This document shows positions 1-9,988 of a stretch of 64,000 nucleotides of DNA, one piece after another. Location: contig CAXXLL010000003.1 of assembly GCA_963662545.2 (NCBI GenBank), positions 1,024,001-1,088,000 on the forward strand, written 5' to 3'. Origin of the DNA: Gammaproteobacteria bacterium (GTDB taxonomy: Bacteria > Pseudomonadota > Gammaproteobacteria > Ga0077536). Numbering within the stretch: the stretch's first letter is position 1; each line of letters begins with the position of its first letter. Below the pieces are notes generated by a model. That model saw only the letters and a program-made list of their open reading frames with translations. It was not told where the DNA came from and ran no database searches. The position numbers and the translations under genes were made by a program.

Positions 1-1212
1 TGTTGCCGGCACGTAAAAATTATACGTGAAAAAACTGTGAGACCCGAGCGTCACCATTCCCCAGAAAAGACCGTCCGATTCCAGATTTCGATCGCCCGCG
101 TTGCCGCCCAGGCGCCGGTGCTTGAGCCAACGGATAACGATTGCGGTAACGAGTGCCATGCACAAGGCGAGGCCGAGTACGCCAAGTTCGGCGATTATCT
201 GCAGGAAATCATTGTGTGCGTAATGCCGTGACGAACGGTCTTCCTCATAACCGAATCCCGGGTATACCGCGCGAAAAGTCCCGGGACCGAAACCACTCAA
301 GGGCATCTCTTTCATCATTTCAAAGGTAGCGCGCCAGATCAGAAATCGCTCGTTCGCCGAGGCAACCTTGGAGCGCGCGATTGGTGACAAATCAACTAAT
401 TGGCCCTGTTCCAGATCGCCGATGGGTCCGATCCCGTGAATCGAAAGCCGGGTGGAAACCGCCTGGAGGCTTTTCATCGACTCGCTCACCTCGCCTTTCA
501 GCGCGACGTCCGCCAGCAGGAATGCGTATAAAGCGAGCGCCAATACTAATTTTCCAAGGCGCTGCCGATCCAGCGTATCGAGCGACAGCAAGAACCCACC
601 GTAACCCACGACGAATGCCCCGATGGCCGCCCGGCTCGTACTGAAACAGACCAGGAAGAAGCTCAAGAAGAGTGGCACGCACCACCACACCACCGTGGCG
701 CGACTCGCTGCGCCATCCCGCAAGGCGCGCCCGAGAACCGGCAATAGAATGAACGAGAGCAACAGCAGGTAGCCGCTCAGCGAATTGCGTTGGACGAACA
801 ATGCGCTGAAAGTCAGGGAATTCGAGTAGAGCGGCTCGGCCAGGGCGATCAGGGTCAGCAGGATGCAGAGAACGCCGCTGAATAACACGAGGTGACGGCC
901 TGCGCCTGCCTGATCGGGCGCGATCAGGAAGGCCAGAAAGGCCAGCGGCAGGACCAATTGTTGATACACGCCGATGCCGGCAACCGCCGTCAGCGGTGAC
1001 AGCCGAGCCGAAAGGAACAGCCACAGCGACAGCAGAACGAAGATGAGGCCGATGGCCCCGGCCTGTATCCGCTCGGATCGATCAAATGCGCCGATGGTCC
1101 CCGCCGCAGCCAATGCCAGCAGCGCGATTGAAATGACGGTCAGCGACCAAAGGTCGAAGCCCTGCACGAAAACGCTAATCAGCGCTACCGTTAACAAGGC
1201 CCGGCCGTACAT
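1..1212 (-). CDS. O-antigen ligase / Wzy_C-family membrane oligosaccharyltransferase (3' end outside window)
   Basis: Manual translation, absent from the ORF track. ATG at 1212 with an in-frame stop just upstream (1219-1221); the frame runs off at base 1. Many TM segments; motifs FSTSRAAIG, ERFLIWRATFEMMKEMPLSGFGPGTF, HYAHNDFLQIIAELGVLG, GSHSFFTYNFYVPA. Confidence 0.88.
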   Translation of the reverse strand, partial: MYGRALLTVALISVFVQGFDLWSLTVISIALLALAAAGTIGAFDRSERIQAGAIGLIFVLLSLWLFLSARLSPLTAVAGIGVYQQLVLPLAFLAFLIAPDQAGAGRHLVLFSGVLCILLTLIALAEPLYSNSLTFSALFVQRNSLSGYLLLLSFILLPVLGRALRDGAASRATVVWWCVPLFLSFFLVCFSTSRAAIGAFVVGYGGFLLSLDTLDRQRLGKLVLALALYAFLLADVALKGEVSESMKSLQAVSTRLSIHGIGPIGDLEQGQLVDLSPIARSKVASANERFLIWRATFEMMKEMPLSGFGPGTFRAVYPGFGYEEDRSSRHYAHNDFLQIIAELGVLGLALCMALVTAIVIRWLKHRRLGGNAGDRNLESDGLFWGMVTLGSHSFFTYNFYVPAT

Positions 1213-1314
1213 CAGAACTTACCGATCACAGAAATAGGCGCGGACCAGCCTTTCGATATTGAAAATGCCGTCGGCGCGCTCGCGAACGACGCGCGGTGAT
1301 GCAGTCGTGCTAAG

Positions 1315-1755
1315 TCAGTTGCAGGCCGTGATTGGAACGGTGATCGTCGGTGGCGTAGCACCGTTATGCACATAGGTGACGTTGCATGAGGCCGGCGTCT
1401 GCACGCCCGGGAATGTCCACACGCCGGCGCCCGAGAGGCTGAAACCGGAGTTCGCCGGATCCTCTTGCAGCGCGTTGGCGATATTCGTCTCGTCCGGCCA
1501 CCCGTCGTCAACCGTGAAGCTCACACCATCCATCGTAATGGTTTGCGACCCCAGGGTCGCGCCGTCGGCAAGCCAGACCGCATGAGCCAGCGCCGACGCG
1601 CTGCGGATGGCGCCGCCCAAGCCCTGGATCGCGGCTTCGCGGGCCCTTACTTCGAGATTGGCGAAACGCGGCAGCGCGAACGCGGACAGGATCCCCAAAA
1701 TCACGATCACGGATATCAGCTCAATCAGGGTGAAACCCGCATGTTGTCTTTTCAT
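1315..1755 (-). CDS. mshA: MSHA major pilin (type IVa prepilin)
   Basis: MKRQHAG|FTLIELISVIVILGILSAFALPRF prepilin motif; C-terminal Cys pair (CNVTY...C); GAGGAG RBS; msh context. Confidence 0.85.
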   Translation of the reverse strand: MKRQHAGFTLIELISVIVILGILSAFALPRFANLEVRAREAAIQGLGGAIRSASALAHAVWLADGATLGSQTITMDGVSFTVDDGWPDETNIANALQEDPANSGFSLSGAGVWTFPGVQTPASCNVTYVHNGATPPTITVPITACN

Positions 1756-1953
1756 CGTAGTCTCCTCGTCTTCATAGTGTCAGTAACCACTTGGGTGTTA
1801 GACCCGACCGTCGATGAGTGCGTATAAAATTCTTAAGGCTAAATTAGATCGGTTTCGTCGTCGCAATCCGGGGATCGATTCGATTTTTCGATTTTTTTGC
1901 AATTTCATCCAAAAAATGTGACCCACTGCACACACGACGGCCATCAAGCTGCC

Positions 1954-2508
1954 CTACTCGCGGCTGCGGTCCGCCGCCTGAGTCGAAAATGCCCGCGGGT
2001 CGAGCAGTTTGAGAACGGCGCCGTCGAGCCGATCCACCGAATCGTCGAATCGCCCGTTGTCATTGATATCGACATATCGTGGCTCAACTTGAAACCGCAC
2101 CCGTTTGGGCCCCGTTTTCTCCACTTCGAAGTAATCCTCGCTGATCACGCGGTACTCGATACGCCGGACATCCTCGAAGTAGACCCAGGCTCCGGGGGCC
2201 ACGCTTTCCCAGTCGAACGCTCTTTCCGATTCTATGAATTCCAAATCTCCTCGTCCGACATGACGCACGACGTCGTGCAAGGTCGGAGGACGGCCCTGAT
2301 TTTCCTGTAATACGAAACTCACCTTCAGGGTGAGGAGCCGCGTCTGCATATCCTGGAACTGGGCTATCAATATTGCTTTTTCGGCCGCCGCTTCCACGTG
2401 GCTTACCCGGTTCATGAACACTGTAAAAAGGACGGCGATTATCACCACCGCGACGGCGAGCTCGAGGCGACTCAGGTTGCGTCTTAACGATGCAGTTTCT
2501 ATAGCCAT
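1954..2508 (-). CDS. Pilin-like MSHA accessory protein (MshF position)
   Basis: Degenerate pilin N-terminus (LSRLELAVAVVIIAVLF); lies between mshG and mshA. Confidence 0.6.
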   Translation of the reverse strand: MAIETASLRRNLSRLELAVAVVIIAVLFTVFMNRVSHVEAAAEKAILIAQFQDMQTRLLTLKVSFVLQENQGRPPTLHDVVRHVGRGDLEFIESERAFDWESVAPGAWVYFEDVRRIEYRVISEDYFEVEKTGPKRVRFQVEPRYVDINDNGRFDDSVDRLDGAVLKLLDPRAFSTQAADRSRE

Positions 2509-2544
2509 TCATGAATCTACCCCGTAACCTGCCCCGCGATGTTG

Positions 2545-3780
2545 CTACCGATTGAGCTTTACGCTTGCGAGATCCCACATCGGGAGGAAAACACCCAGCG
2601 CCAGCACGAGTACCATGCCGGCGATGACGACGATCAGAACGGGCTCTATGGTTTGCGCCAGATTCTTGATGTCGTAATCGACTTCGCGTTCATAAAATCC
2701 CGCTACTTCGGCGAGAAGGTCGTCGATTGCTCCCGTCTCCTCGCCAACCGATAGCATTTGGATCACCAGCGGGGAAAACATGTTTGTTTGTGCGGCACTG
2801 CGCGTCAAGCTCTCGCCGCGCTCGACATTGGTCTGCATTCCCCGGATCTTCTCGCCAATATATTCGTTGTCGATCGCTCGCGACACCACGGATAAACTTT
2901 GCAGGAGCGGGACGCCCGCCGACAGCGACATGGAAAATGATCGGGCAAAGCGGCCGAGCGTCGCGCGATACAAGATACTGCCAATGATCGGGATCCGAAT
3001 TTTATACTGATCCCAAACGAACCGACCTCGCTCGGTATTGACATATTTGCGAACGGCGATCGCTAATACCACTATACCGACTACCATTGGAACCCAGTAA
3101 GCGACAAAAAAGTCGGAAGTGCCGATGAGGATACGCGTGTAAATCGGCAGATCGACGCCGGCGTTTTTGAACACTTTGGTGAATTGCGGTATAACCACGA
3201 CATTGATGATGGCCATTGCGAGCGTTATCGCGATGATGACAAAGGTCGGGTAACGAAGCGCGCTCTTGATGCGTGCGCGCGTGTCACGTTCCAGCTCCAG
3301 GTAGTCCGACAATTTCAACAAGGCTTCGTCGAGTTGGCCGGTACTTTCACCAATCCTTATCGTATTCACGAATAAGGAAGGAAAAATTTTCGGGTGACGT
3401 GCAAGCCCGGTGGAGAAATCCCGTCCGCTTTCGAGATCCGTTTGAATCTGCCCGAGCGCTTCGACCAGTACTCGATTCCGGGTGGAGCGAATCAAGCCCC
3501 CCATCGCCTGATTGATCGGAACTCCCGCGCGCATCAGTGTGTACATCTGGCGCGAGAACAATATCAAGTCTTCGAGCTCAGGCGGTTCGGTTGTCAGAAA
3601 CCTGCGAATTTCCTCGAAGATGTCACCATCGCCCGATCGATTAACCTGCTGAGTGATATCGACAGGCGTTATACCGATGTTCATGAGCTGCCCGGCCACG
3701 GCGTCCGCAGTGGCCGCCTCCAGCACGCCTTCGACAAGGCTCCCGCTTGAATCCCGACCTTTGTACTGATAGCTGGCCAT
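2545..3780 (-). CDS. mshG: MSHA inner-membrane platform protein (GspF/PilC family)
   Basis: Two T2SSF domains (IGESTGQLDEAL, KSALRYP, VGEETGAIDDLL, IEPVLIV). Confidence 0.93.
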   Translation of the reverse strand: MASYQYKGRDSSGSLVEGVLEAATADAVAGQLMNIGITPVDITQQVNRSGDGDIFEEIRRFLTTEPPELEDLILFSRQMYTLMRAGVPINQAMGGLIRSTRNRVLVEALGQIQTDLESGRDFSTGLARHPKIFPSLFVNTIRIGESTGQLDEALLKLSDYLELERDTRARIKSALRYPTFVIIAITLAMAIINVVVIPQFTKVFKNAGVDLPIYTRILIGTSDFFVAYWVPMVVGIVVLAIAVRKYVNTERGRFVWDQYKIRIPIIGSILYRATLGRFARSFSMSLSAGVPLLQSLSVVSRAIDNEYIGEKIRGMQTNVERGESLTRSAAQTNMFSPLVIQMLSVGEETGAIDDLLAEVAGFYEREVDYDIKNLAQTIEPVLIVVIAGMVLVLALGVFLPMWDLASVKLNR

Positions 3781-3792
3781 TGCTCTCGACGC

Positions 3793-5550
3793 CTACGATG
3801 GAACCGCCTCGGCATCCTCGGTGGCAGGCTTTTGCGCTGCGGATTCCTCGACATCCGTAACGCTGGCGGAGATCCGTATGACTTCCTCCAGGGTAGTGAT
3901 GTTCTGGCGCGCATAAGCCAATGCCATATGATCGAGGCGGGTGAAGTCCTTAGCTTGCAAAGCCGCTTCCTGGAACCCCGCGTTATCCTCGCGCGCCAGG
4001 ATCTGGGCGAGGTCGTCGTCAATCTCGAGTAATTCGTAGACGCCGATGCGTCCGTGATAACCGGTGTTGTTGCAATTGTGACAGCCCGCGCCTTTATGGT
4101 AGTCATGATCGATCGCTTGCGACCCGAGATTCGCGGTCAACCATGCAATAGCGCGTGCGGTAGGTGCATGTGGAGCGATGCAGCTCTTGCAGATCCGCCG
4201 AACGAGCCGCTGGGCCATAACGGCATGCAGCGACGAGGCCAGCAGAAAACCCGGAGCACCGAGGTCGATCAAGCGATTGACGGAACTGATGGCATCGTTG
4301 GTATGCAAGGTCGACAATACCAGGTGTCCCGTCATGGCGGCACGCAGACCGATCTCGACGGTTTCCTGGTCGCGCATTTCTCCTATCAGTATGACATCGG
4401 GGTCGTGCCTCAAGGTCGAACGTAAAACTCGTGCAAAAGTCAGTCCGATCGCCGCGTGTACCTGTATCTGGTTGATGCGCGGGAGGCGATATTCCACGGG
4501 ATCTTCGACCGTGATGATCTTCGTTTCCGGCTGGTTGAGTTCACGCAGCGCAGCGTAAAGCGTCGTCGTCTTACCGCTGCCGGTCGGTCCCGTTACGATG
4601 ACCATGCCAAACGGACGCTGCACAATGCCACGAAAGCGCTCCCGCAAACTCCGCGGCATACCCAGTGCATCTAGTTCGCGCACGCCTTCCGTTTGATCGA
4701 GAAGACGCATGACGACGGATTCGCCGTACTGTATCGGCATTGTAGAGATGCGCACGTCAATATTTCGCTCGAGGACACGCAGGCTGAAGCGTCCGTCCTG
4801 CGGCAGTCGCTTTTCTGAAATGTCCAGATTCGCCATCAATTTGAGCCTCTGTACCAGCGCCGTGGCGATACGCTTTTCGCTTAATACCTGCTCCTGCAAA
4901 ACCCCATCGACGCGTTGCCGTATCCGCAGCACGCTTTCGTCGGGCTCAATGTGAATATCCGACGCTTTGATCTGGATCGCATCTTGAAACAGCGTCTGCA
5001 GAAGTTTTACAACGGGCGCGTCGGTCACGTCCACAGCGACCAGTTGTTGAACGTCGAAATCTCCTGCCGACAGCTCGTCGCTCAGCTGCTCGGCAAACCC
5101 CGATATTTGTTCCGTCTGGCGATAGACCGAATCGATCGTATCCAGCAGGTCACTCTCGCGCACGACCGCCATCTCGATCGGCTTGTTGACGATCCGCGAT
5201 AATTCGTCGAAGGCAAATATATTCGTCGGATCGGACATGCCGACCAGCACCGTATCGCCTTGATCCTTCAAAGCCAGCGCGCGGAACCGGCGCGCTTGGA
5301 TTTCCGGAATGAGTTTTATGGCAGCCGCTTCGAACTTGTAACGGACCAGATCGATGAAAGGAATATTGAGCTGTGCCGACAGGAGATTGAGCAATTCCTG
5401 CTCGGATACGTAGCCGTTGTCGATGAGAATTTTGCCGAGCTTATGGCCTGATGTTTTTTGCGCAGCGAGAGCTTCTTCCAATTGCGCTTCGGAAATGACT
5501 TGCTTTTCGACGAGCAGATCGCCGATTCGAATTTTCTTGCGGCTCGCCAT
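3793..5550 (-). CDS. mshE: MSHA assembly ATPase (GspE/PilB family) with MshEN c-di-GMP-binding domain
   Basis: RIGDLLVEKQVISEAQLEEALAAQ motif; ASDIHIEP; Walker A GPTGSGKTT; DPDVILIGEMRD; CxxC pairs. Confidence 0.95.
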   Translation of the reverse strand: MASRKKIRIGDLLVEKQVISEAQLEEALAAQKTSGHKLGKILIDNGYVSEQELLNLLSAQLNIPFIDLVRYKFEAAAIKLIPEIQARRFRALALKDQGDTVLVGMSDPTNIFAFDELSRIVNKPIEMAVVRESDLLDTIDSVYRQTEQISGFAEQLSDELSAGDFDVQQLVAVDVTDAPVVKLLQTLFQDAIQIKASDIHIEPDESVLRIRQRVDGVLQEQVLSEKRIATALVQRLKLMANLDISEKRLPQDGRFSLRVLERNIDVRISTMPIQYGESVVMRLLDQTEGVRELDALGMPRSLRERFRGIVQRPFGMVIVTGPTGSGKTTTLYAALRELNQPETKIITVEDPVEYRLPRINQIQVHAAIGLTFARVLRSTLRHDPDVILIGEMRDQETVEIGLRAAMTGHLVLSTLHTNDAISSVNRLIDLGAPGFLLASSLHAVMAQRLVRRICKSCIAPHAPTARAIAWLTANLGSQAIDHDYHKGAGCHNCNNTGYHGRIGVYELLEIDDDLAQILAREDNAGFQEAALQAKDFTRLDHMALAYARQNITTLEEVIRISASVTDVEESAAQKPATEDAEAVPS

Positions 5551-6884
5551 TAGCTGGATAAACGGCTGATCTCGCGGTTAGCATATCTTCGTAGGTTATC
5601 GGACAGTTGGCGATCGACTAAAGCCCTCAGAAAAGCGTGTTGCGCCTGGCTTGGCCGATGTTTCGCAGCGAGCGAGATGCCCAGGCCCATCCACCAGATG
5701 CCGCGTTTAGGTGCAAGAGCCAGGACTCCGCGATATCCGCGGATCGCCGCGTCGTGCCTTCCCGAACGCTGGTGCAGGGCCGCGATGAATGCGTGGTGCT
5801 CAAGGCCCTCACGCAGTACCGGTGCGGCCGCGAGCAAGGTTTCCAAGGCCGCATCGGTTTCGCCCCGATCGACCAGCAGATGTGCCAGTATTTGCGCGTG
5901 CCGATGCGCTTTCGGATTTCGCGCCAGTCCCGTGCGCAAGACGCGTTCCGCAGCGCCTACATCGTTTCGTCGCAACAATGCCTTCGCGTAGGCTTCGCAC
6001 GCAGCGGTGAAGTCCGGGTGTCGTTCGACCAGATCGGCCAGGGCGATCAAGGCGTCGATATCCTTGCCCTGGCGTGACAGTTTGAGCGCATTCGATAATT
6101 CTCGAGAGCGATCGTTTGGTGCAACATGGGCCTGCATGCGCATAGTCCCGGCGTACTCGACGGCTTCGCCTTCGGTGGTCGCTTCAATACCGTTAACCGG
6201 TGCTGAGGCGGCGTTCATCGGCGCCTCGATCGCTGCATCGGCATCCAAGCCCGGTAGTTCGATATCGGCAACGGGTTCCGACCCTGCTTCGTTCTTGATG
6301 TCCGCGACCAGACCCGCCTGATCGATCTCGTCGTTTCCAGGATCATGAATCAACTTCGGCTCCGCCAGTGCGGACGCCGCATCCAACCGCGATTGGAGGT
6401 CATTCGTAAGGAGCGCTTCGCGGGCAGATTCGGGTCTCCACGCCGGTCCGGCAACGCTGATGTGATCGAGAATCGATACCATCGTATCCGCGGCATCCGG
6501 CAGATTTCCCATCGCTGGTAACCCATTTTCAAGAGCGCTCGATTGCACAAGCCTGCGCGGCTCGATACCCCGGCTCGAATCGATAAGGGCCACCGTGACC
6601 TGGCCGTTCTCGGCTGCTGCCTCCGGCTGTTCCAAGGACGCTTTGTCGCCGCTCCATTGCGGGATCGAACCTCTGTCGAGCAATGTCAATCCGTACCAGG
6701 CTGCACTGGCAACGGCGGCCCCGAGTATCGTGGCAGTGAGGAACCGTCCAAGCGAGGTTCCCCGTTCCGGTGCCTGCCGATTGCCCGCAGCCGCCTGCAG
6801 GCCTTCGAGCGCTCTGTCACTGTCGGCAGGGCGACCCGGCCGTCGTGCCTCCAGATCCGACAGCATTTGATTAATGAGGCTCAT
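5550..6884 (-). CDS. mshN: MSHA biogenesis TPR protein
   Basis: Typical start MSLINQMLSDLE at 6884 (ATGA overlap with mshM stop); TM segment; C-terminal TPRs with WWMGLGISL. Confidence 0.85.
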   Translation of the reverse strand: MSLINQMLSDLEARRPGRPADSDRALEGLQAAAGNRQAPERGTSLGRFLTATILGAAVASAAWYGLTLLDRGSIPQWSGDKASLEQPEAAAENGQVTVALIDSSRGIEPRRLVQSSALENGLPAMGNLPDAADTMVSILDHISVAGPAWRPESAREALLTNDLQSRLDAASALAEPKLIHDPGNDEIDQAGLVADIKNEAGSEPVADIELPGLDADAAIEAPMNAASAPVNGIEATTEGEAVEYAGTMRMQAHVAPNDRSRELSNALKLSRQGKDIDALIALADLVERHPDFTAACEAYAKALLRRNDVGAAERVLRTGLARNPKAHRHAQILAHLLVDRGETDAALETLLAAAPVLREGLEHHAFIAALHQRSGRHDAAIRGYRGVLALAPKRGIWWMGLGISLAAKHRPSQAQHAFLRALVDRQLSDNLRRYANREISRLSS

Positions 6885-7825
6885 GGCAGCATTGCAAACA
6901 CGTTGGCAAAGTAAAGCGACACCAATGCCACGACCGTCAGGCTGAATGCTCCGAGACCCCCGAAAAGCCATTTCAAACGCTGCTGCCCGAATAATAGTCG
7001 CGACCTCGAGAATTGCCGGGCTTCCGTGGTGTCGTCAATCGCGCTGCGTACATGCGCCACCTCGACCGCGGCGGATCCTCCACCGAATGCGGCCATTAGC
7101 GACTTGTGAGCAATGATATTGACGAGGCGTGGAATGCCACTGCTGCCGCGATACAAAGTATCCATCGCTTTGCGGGTAAACAAGATCGGGCCGTCGTAGC
7201 CGGCGACTGCGAGACGATGTGCGATGTACTGATCTGCCCCGATCGTCGTCAATGGCAGTATTTCAGAAGAAAACGAAATGCGCTGGCGCAGTTGCCGAAT
7301 CGATGGCTCTTTGAGGACCGTGTCCAGTTCCGGCTGCCCAAAGAGCACGACCTGGATCAGTTTGCTCTTTTCCGTCTCCAGATTAGTCAACAACCTCAAG
7401 GTCTCAAGTGTCTCTATCGGAATCGCCTGTGCTTCGTCGAGGCAGACGAGAACGCGTTTCCCCTGTGCGTGAAAATTCAACAATCCCTTGTTGAGCAGCT
7501 TCATAAAAGCATGCTGCCCAATTTTCTCCGGGTACTCGATACCGAGTTCGTCCGCGACGGACAGCAACAGCGTAGTGGGTTTGAGATAAGGATTTGGAAT
7601 GTATGCAGTTGCGAATTCATCGGCGAGCGTGTTGATCAAGGTTCTGCAGAGCATGGTCTTGCCGGTCCCGACTTCACCGGTGACTTTGACGAAACCCTCT
7701 CCGCTGCGCAAAGCGACGAGCAACACGTTGAGTGCGTCCTGGTAACCCGCGCGGCTCATGAAGAACGACGTATCGGGTGTCAAGGTAAACGGGAGTTCGT
7801 TCAGTCGAAAATGTTCGAGATACAT
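6881..7825 (-). CDS. mshM: ExeA-like AAA ATPase
   Basis: MYLEHFRLNELPFTLTPD; GEVGTGKT; DEAQ; LFGQPEL; GIPRLVN. Confidence 0.92.
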   Translation of the reverse strand: MYLEHFRLNELPFTLTPDTSFFMSRAGYQDALNVLLVALRSGEGFVKVTGEVGTGKTMLCRTLINTLADEFATAYIPNPYLKPTTLLLSVADELGIEYPEKIGQHAFMKLLNKGLLNFHAQGKRVLVCLDEAQAIPIETLETLRLLTNLETEKSKLIQVVLFGQPELDTVLKEPSIRQLRQRISFSSEILPLTTIGADQYIAHRLAVAGYDGPILFTRKAMDTLYRGSSGIPRLVNIIAHKSLMAAFGGGSAAVEVAHVRSAIDDTTEARQFSRSRLLFGQQRLKWLFGGLGAFSLTVVALVSLYFANVFAMLP

Positions 7826-7859
7826 GGTCGTCTACCTCATCGGTTCATTCGGTCCCGGA

Positions 7860-9623
7860 TCATGGCGACGGTTTACCGTATCCAAAGCCGGAATTGCGCT
7901 GCTCGTCCCATTGGTCCAGTTCGCGATCGATGCGAGCCATGTTTTCGCTCGTTTGTACAAACGCTTCGGCCCACTGTTGGTCGCCGGCGATGACGGTGGG
8001 ACGCAGCAGTATGACCAGCTCGCTCTTCACATCATCGGTGCGCTTGTGGCGAAACAAGGCTCCAATGCCTGGAAGGTCACCAAGGAACGGGTTTTTGGCG
8101 TCCTGCTCCGTGCTGCGATTCTGCATCAGACCGCCGATGACTATCAGTTGGCCGTTTCGCGCCCTGACGATGGAATCCGACTCGCGAACGGTGCTACGCG
8201 CAAGAGGCAGCGTCTGAGTGATACCGCCGATGGAGATGTTCTTTTGCTGATCGGTGACCTGACTCACCGTCGGATGGATGTGCAGCATCACATCGCCGGC
8301 TTCGCTGATTTGCGGCGTGACATCCAGTGCGATCCCCGAAAAGAACGGTGTGAGTTCAATATTGGGTGTCGATTGGGTCGCAGTGGCCGTGATCGTCGTC
8401 GTCGACACGTCCGTAACGAAAAACTCGTCCGTACCGACCTTGATGATGGCCTTGTGATTATTCATGGTCGCGATACGCGGGCTGGACAGCACTTGTACGT
8501 TGCCCTGCGTCTCGAGCAGTTCAATAAATGCCGTGAAATCAGTGCCGTTGAATGCCATCGAGAACACGCCGCCGAAAGCACGGGCAGCGACGCCGGTCAA
8601 ATTGGTAACCCCCGGCTCCTGGGTCACGTCCGCCCCGGCAATGCCGCTCAACCCTGATTCGCCAAGCAGATTGGTCCCGCCGCCGGTGTGAAAAACCGAC
8701 ACCTGTCCGAAAATCGCCGACCAGTTGATACCCGACTGGAAGCCTTCCGATAACTCGACTTTCAGGATCTTGGCTTCAAGTATGACCTGGCGCTGCGCGA
8801 TCAGTTGGGTGGCGCGCAGAAACGCTTCCACCTCCCGCAATTCAGTCGGAATGGCACGGGCAACGACGACGCCGGACTGCGGATTTACGACGACGCTGCG
8901 GCCTTCGGCATCGCCTACGATCGCTTCGAGCGAGGTCTGCAATTCATTCCAGAAAGACGTCGGGGGATGGATGGTGGTGATGGTGGTTCCGACGACCGTT
9001 CGCTGGCCGCGCCCATCCGCGCCGGCGCCCGCTTCCGCGTCGCCGATCCTGGGCGAACCGGGTCCCTCCTGCAGGGTGCCTGAACTGACGAACGTCGCTG
9101 ACGTGCCGCTCCGGTTGATGTTCAGGTAGTTGATTTGGTAGACCCGTGCCTCCAATCGCGCCGGCAATACCTGAAATCCATAGTCGGTTTGATCGAACTC
9201 GAATCCGTAGACGTCTCTGGCCGCTTCGAGGACCGACCGAATGGTCACATTCTTCAGGTTCAGTGAAATCTCCCCGGTCACCTCCGGGTGGACCACCAGG
9301 TTGTATTGTGTATCGTCGACCAGGCTCAAGAAAAACTGATCGGCGGGTACGCGGTTGACGGCGATGTCGAAACGCTGCTCGTCGGCTATTTCAGGCACCT
9401 CGGGAACGTCGAGTCTCAGGGTCGGAATGAGTTCATCGGCGACTTCGTCCGGGACTTCACCGGACTCTCCTTTTTCCGCCAGTCCCTGCGTGATGGCTTG
9501 ATTGATCTGACTCAGGGTCTCCACGCGCGGTGGCGTGTTTTCACAACCACCTGATAGTCCGACCAACACCATGCCCAAAAACGATCGCATCGCCTGGTCA
9601 GCTTTGTTTTTCATAACCATCAT
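7860..9623 (-). CDS. mshL: MSHA pilus secretin
   Basis: Lipobox-like LSGGC; STN and secretin domains (QVILEAKILKVEL, LSSPRIATMNNHKAIIKVGTDEFFVT, ELVILLRP); exact start uncertain. Confidence 0.93.
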   Translation of the reverse strand: MMVMKNKADQAMRSFLGMVLVGLSGGCENTPPRVETLSQINQAITQGLAEKGESGEVPDEVADELIPTLRLDVPEVPEIADEQRFDIAVNRVPADQFFLSLVDDTQYNLVVHPEVTGEISLNLKNVTIRSVLEAARDVYGFEFDQTDYGFQVLPARLEARVYQINYLNINRSGTSATFVSSGTLQEGPGSPRIGDAEAGAGADGRGQRTVVGTTITTIHPPTSFWNELQTSLEAIVGDAEGRSVVVNPQSGVVVARAIPTELREVEAFLRATQLIAQRQVILEAKILKVELSEGFQSGINWSAIFGQVSVFHTGGGTNLLGESGLSGIAGADVTQEPGVTNLTGVAARAFGGVFSMAFNGTDFTAFIELLETQGNVQVLSSPRIATMNNHKAIIKVGTDEFFVTDVSTTTITATATQSTPNIELTPFFSGIALDVTPQISEAGDVMLHIHPTVSQVTDQQKNISIGGITQTLPLARSTVRESDSIVRARNGQLIVIGGLMQNRSTEQDAKNPFLGDLPGIGALFRHKRTDDVKSELVILLRPTVIAGDQQWAEAFVQTSENMARIDRELDQWDEQRNSGFGYGKPSP

Positions 9624-9988
9624 TCTTCGACTGAACGGTTTTTCGCCGCCTGGCGAACGGTATAGGGCAAAAGCTTGTATCGTCGGCGTTCCGAAAGGTA
9701 TTCGATGACGACAGCGCCCAGGTTTATCTCCACGATAACCGCTTCGCCAATCCGGGCGCCCTCGTTCAGCAGTTCACCGTTTACGATGGCCTTCCGACTA
9801 TCTCCGCTGATCTTTATCGCGGTGACCGTGTAGTGTTGAATCTTGTCGTCGCTGAGACGCCGCAACGCCACCTGATGCAACAGCGGCGGACGTGTGGGAT
9901 CGGGTAATTGTTCGGCTTCCATCGCCGGCGCGACACCGGCGGCCAGGATCAGCGATGCCGCGATAAGGGCTTTGCAGTTCTTAGACAC
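9620..9988 (-). CDS. mshK: MSHA biogenesis protein MshK
   Basis: Signal peptide, LPDPTRPP motif, AIVNG; lies between mshJ and mshL. Confidence 0.82.
   Translation of the reverse strand: MSKNCKALIAASLILAAGVAPAMEAEQLPDPTRPPLLHQVALRRLSDDKIQHYTVTAIKISGDSRKAIVNGELLNEGARIGEAVIVEINLGAVVIEYLSERRRYKLLPYTVRQAAKNRSVEE

Noticed and set aside
392-1024. 210-aa ORF from the track
   Set aside because: Alternative frame of the O-antigen-ligase-like gene at 1-1212.
1895-1912. Sigma54 promoter (TGG...TTGC) upstream of mshA
   Set aside because: GG-GC spacing is 8 nt, not the required 10.
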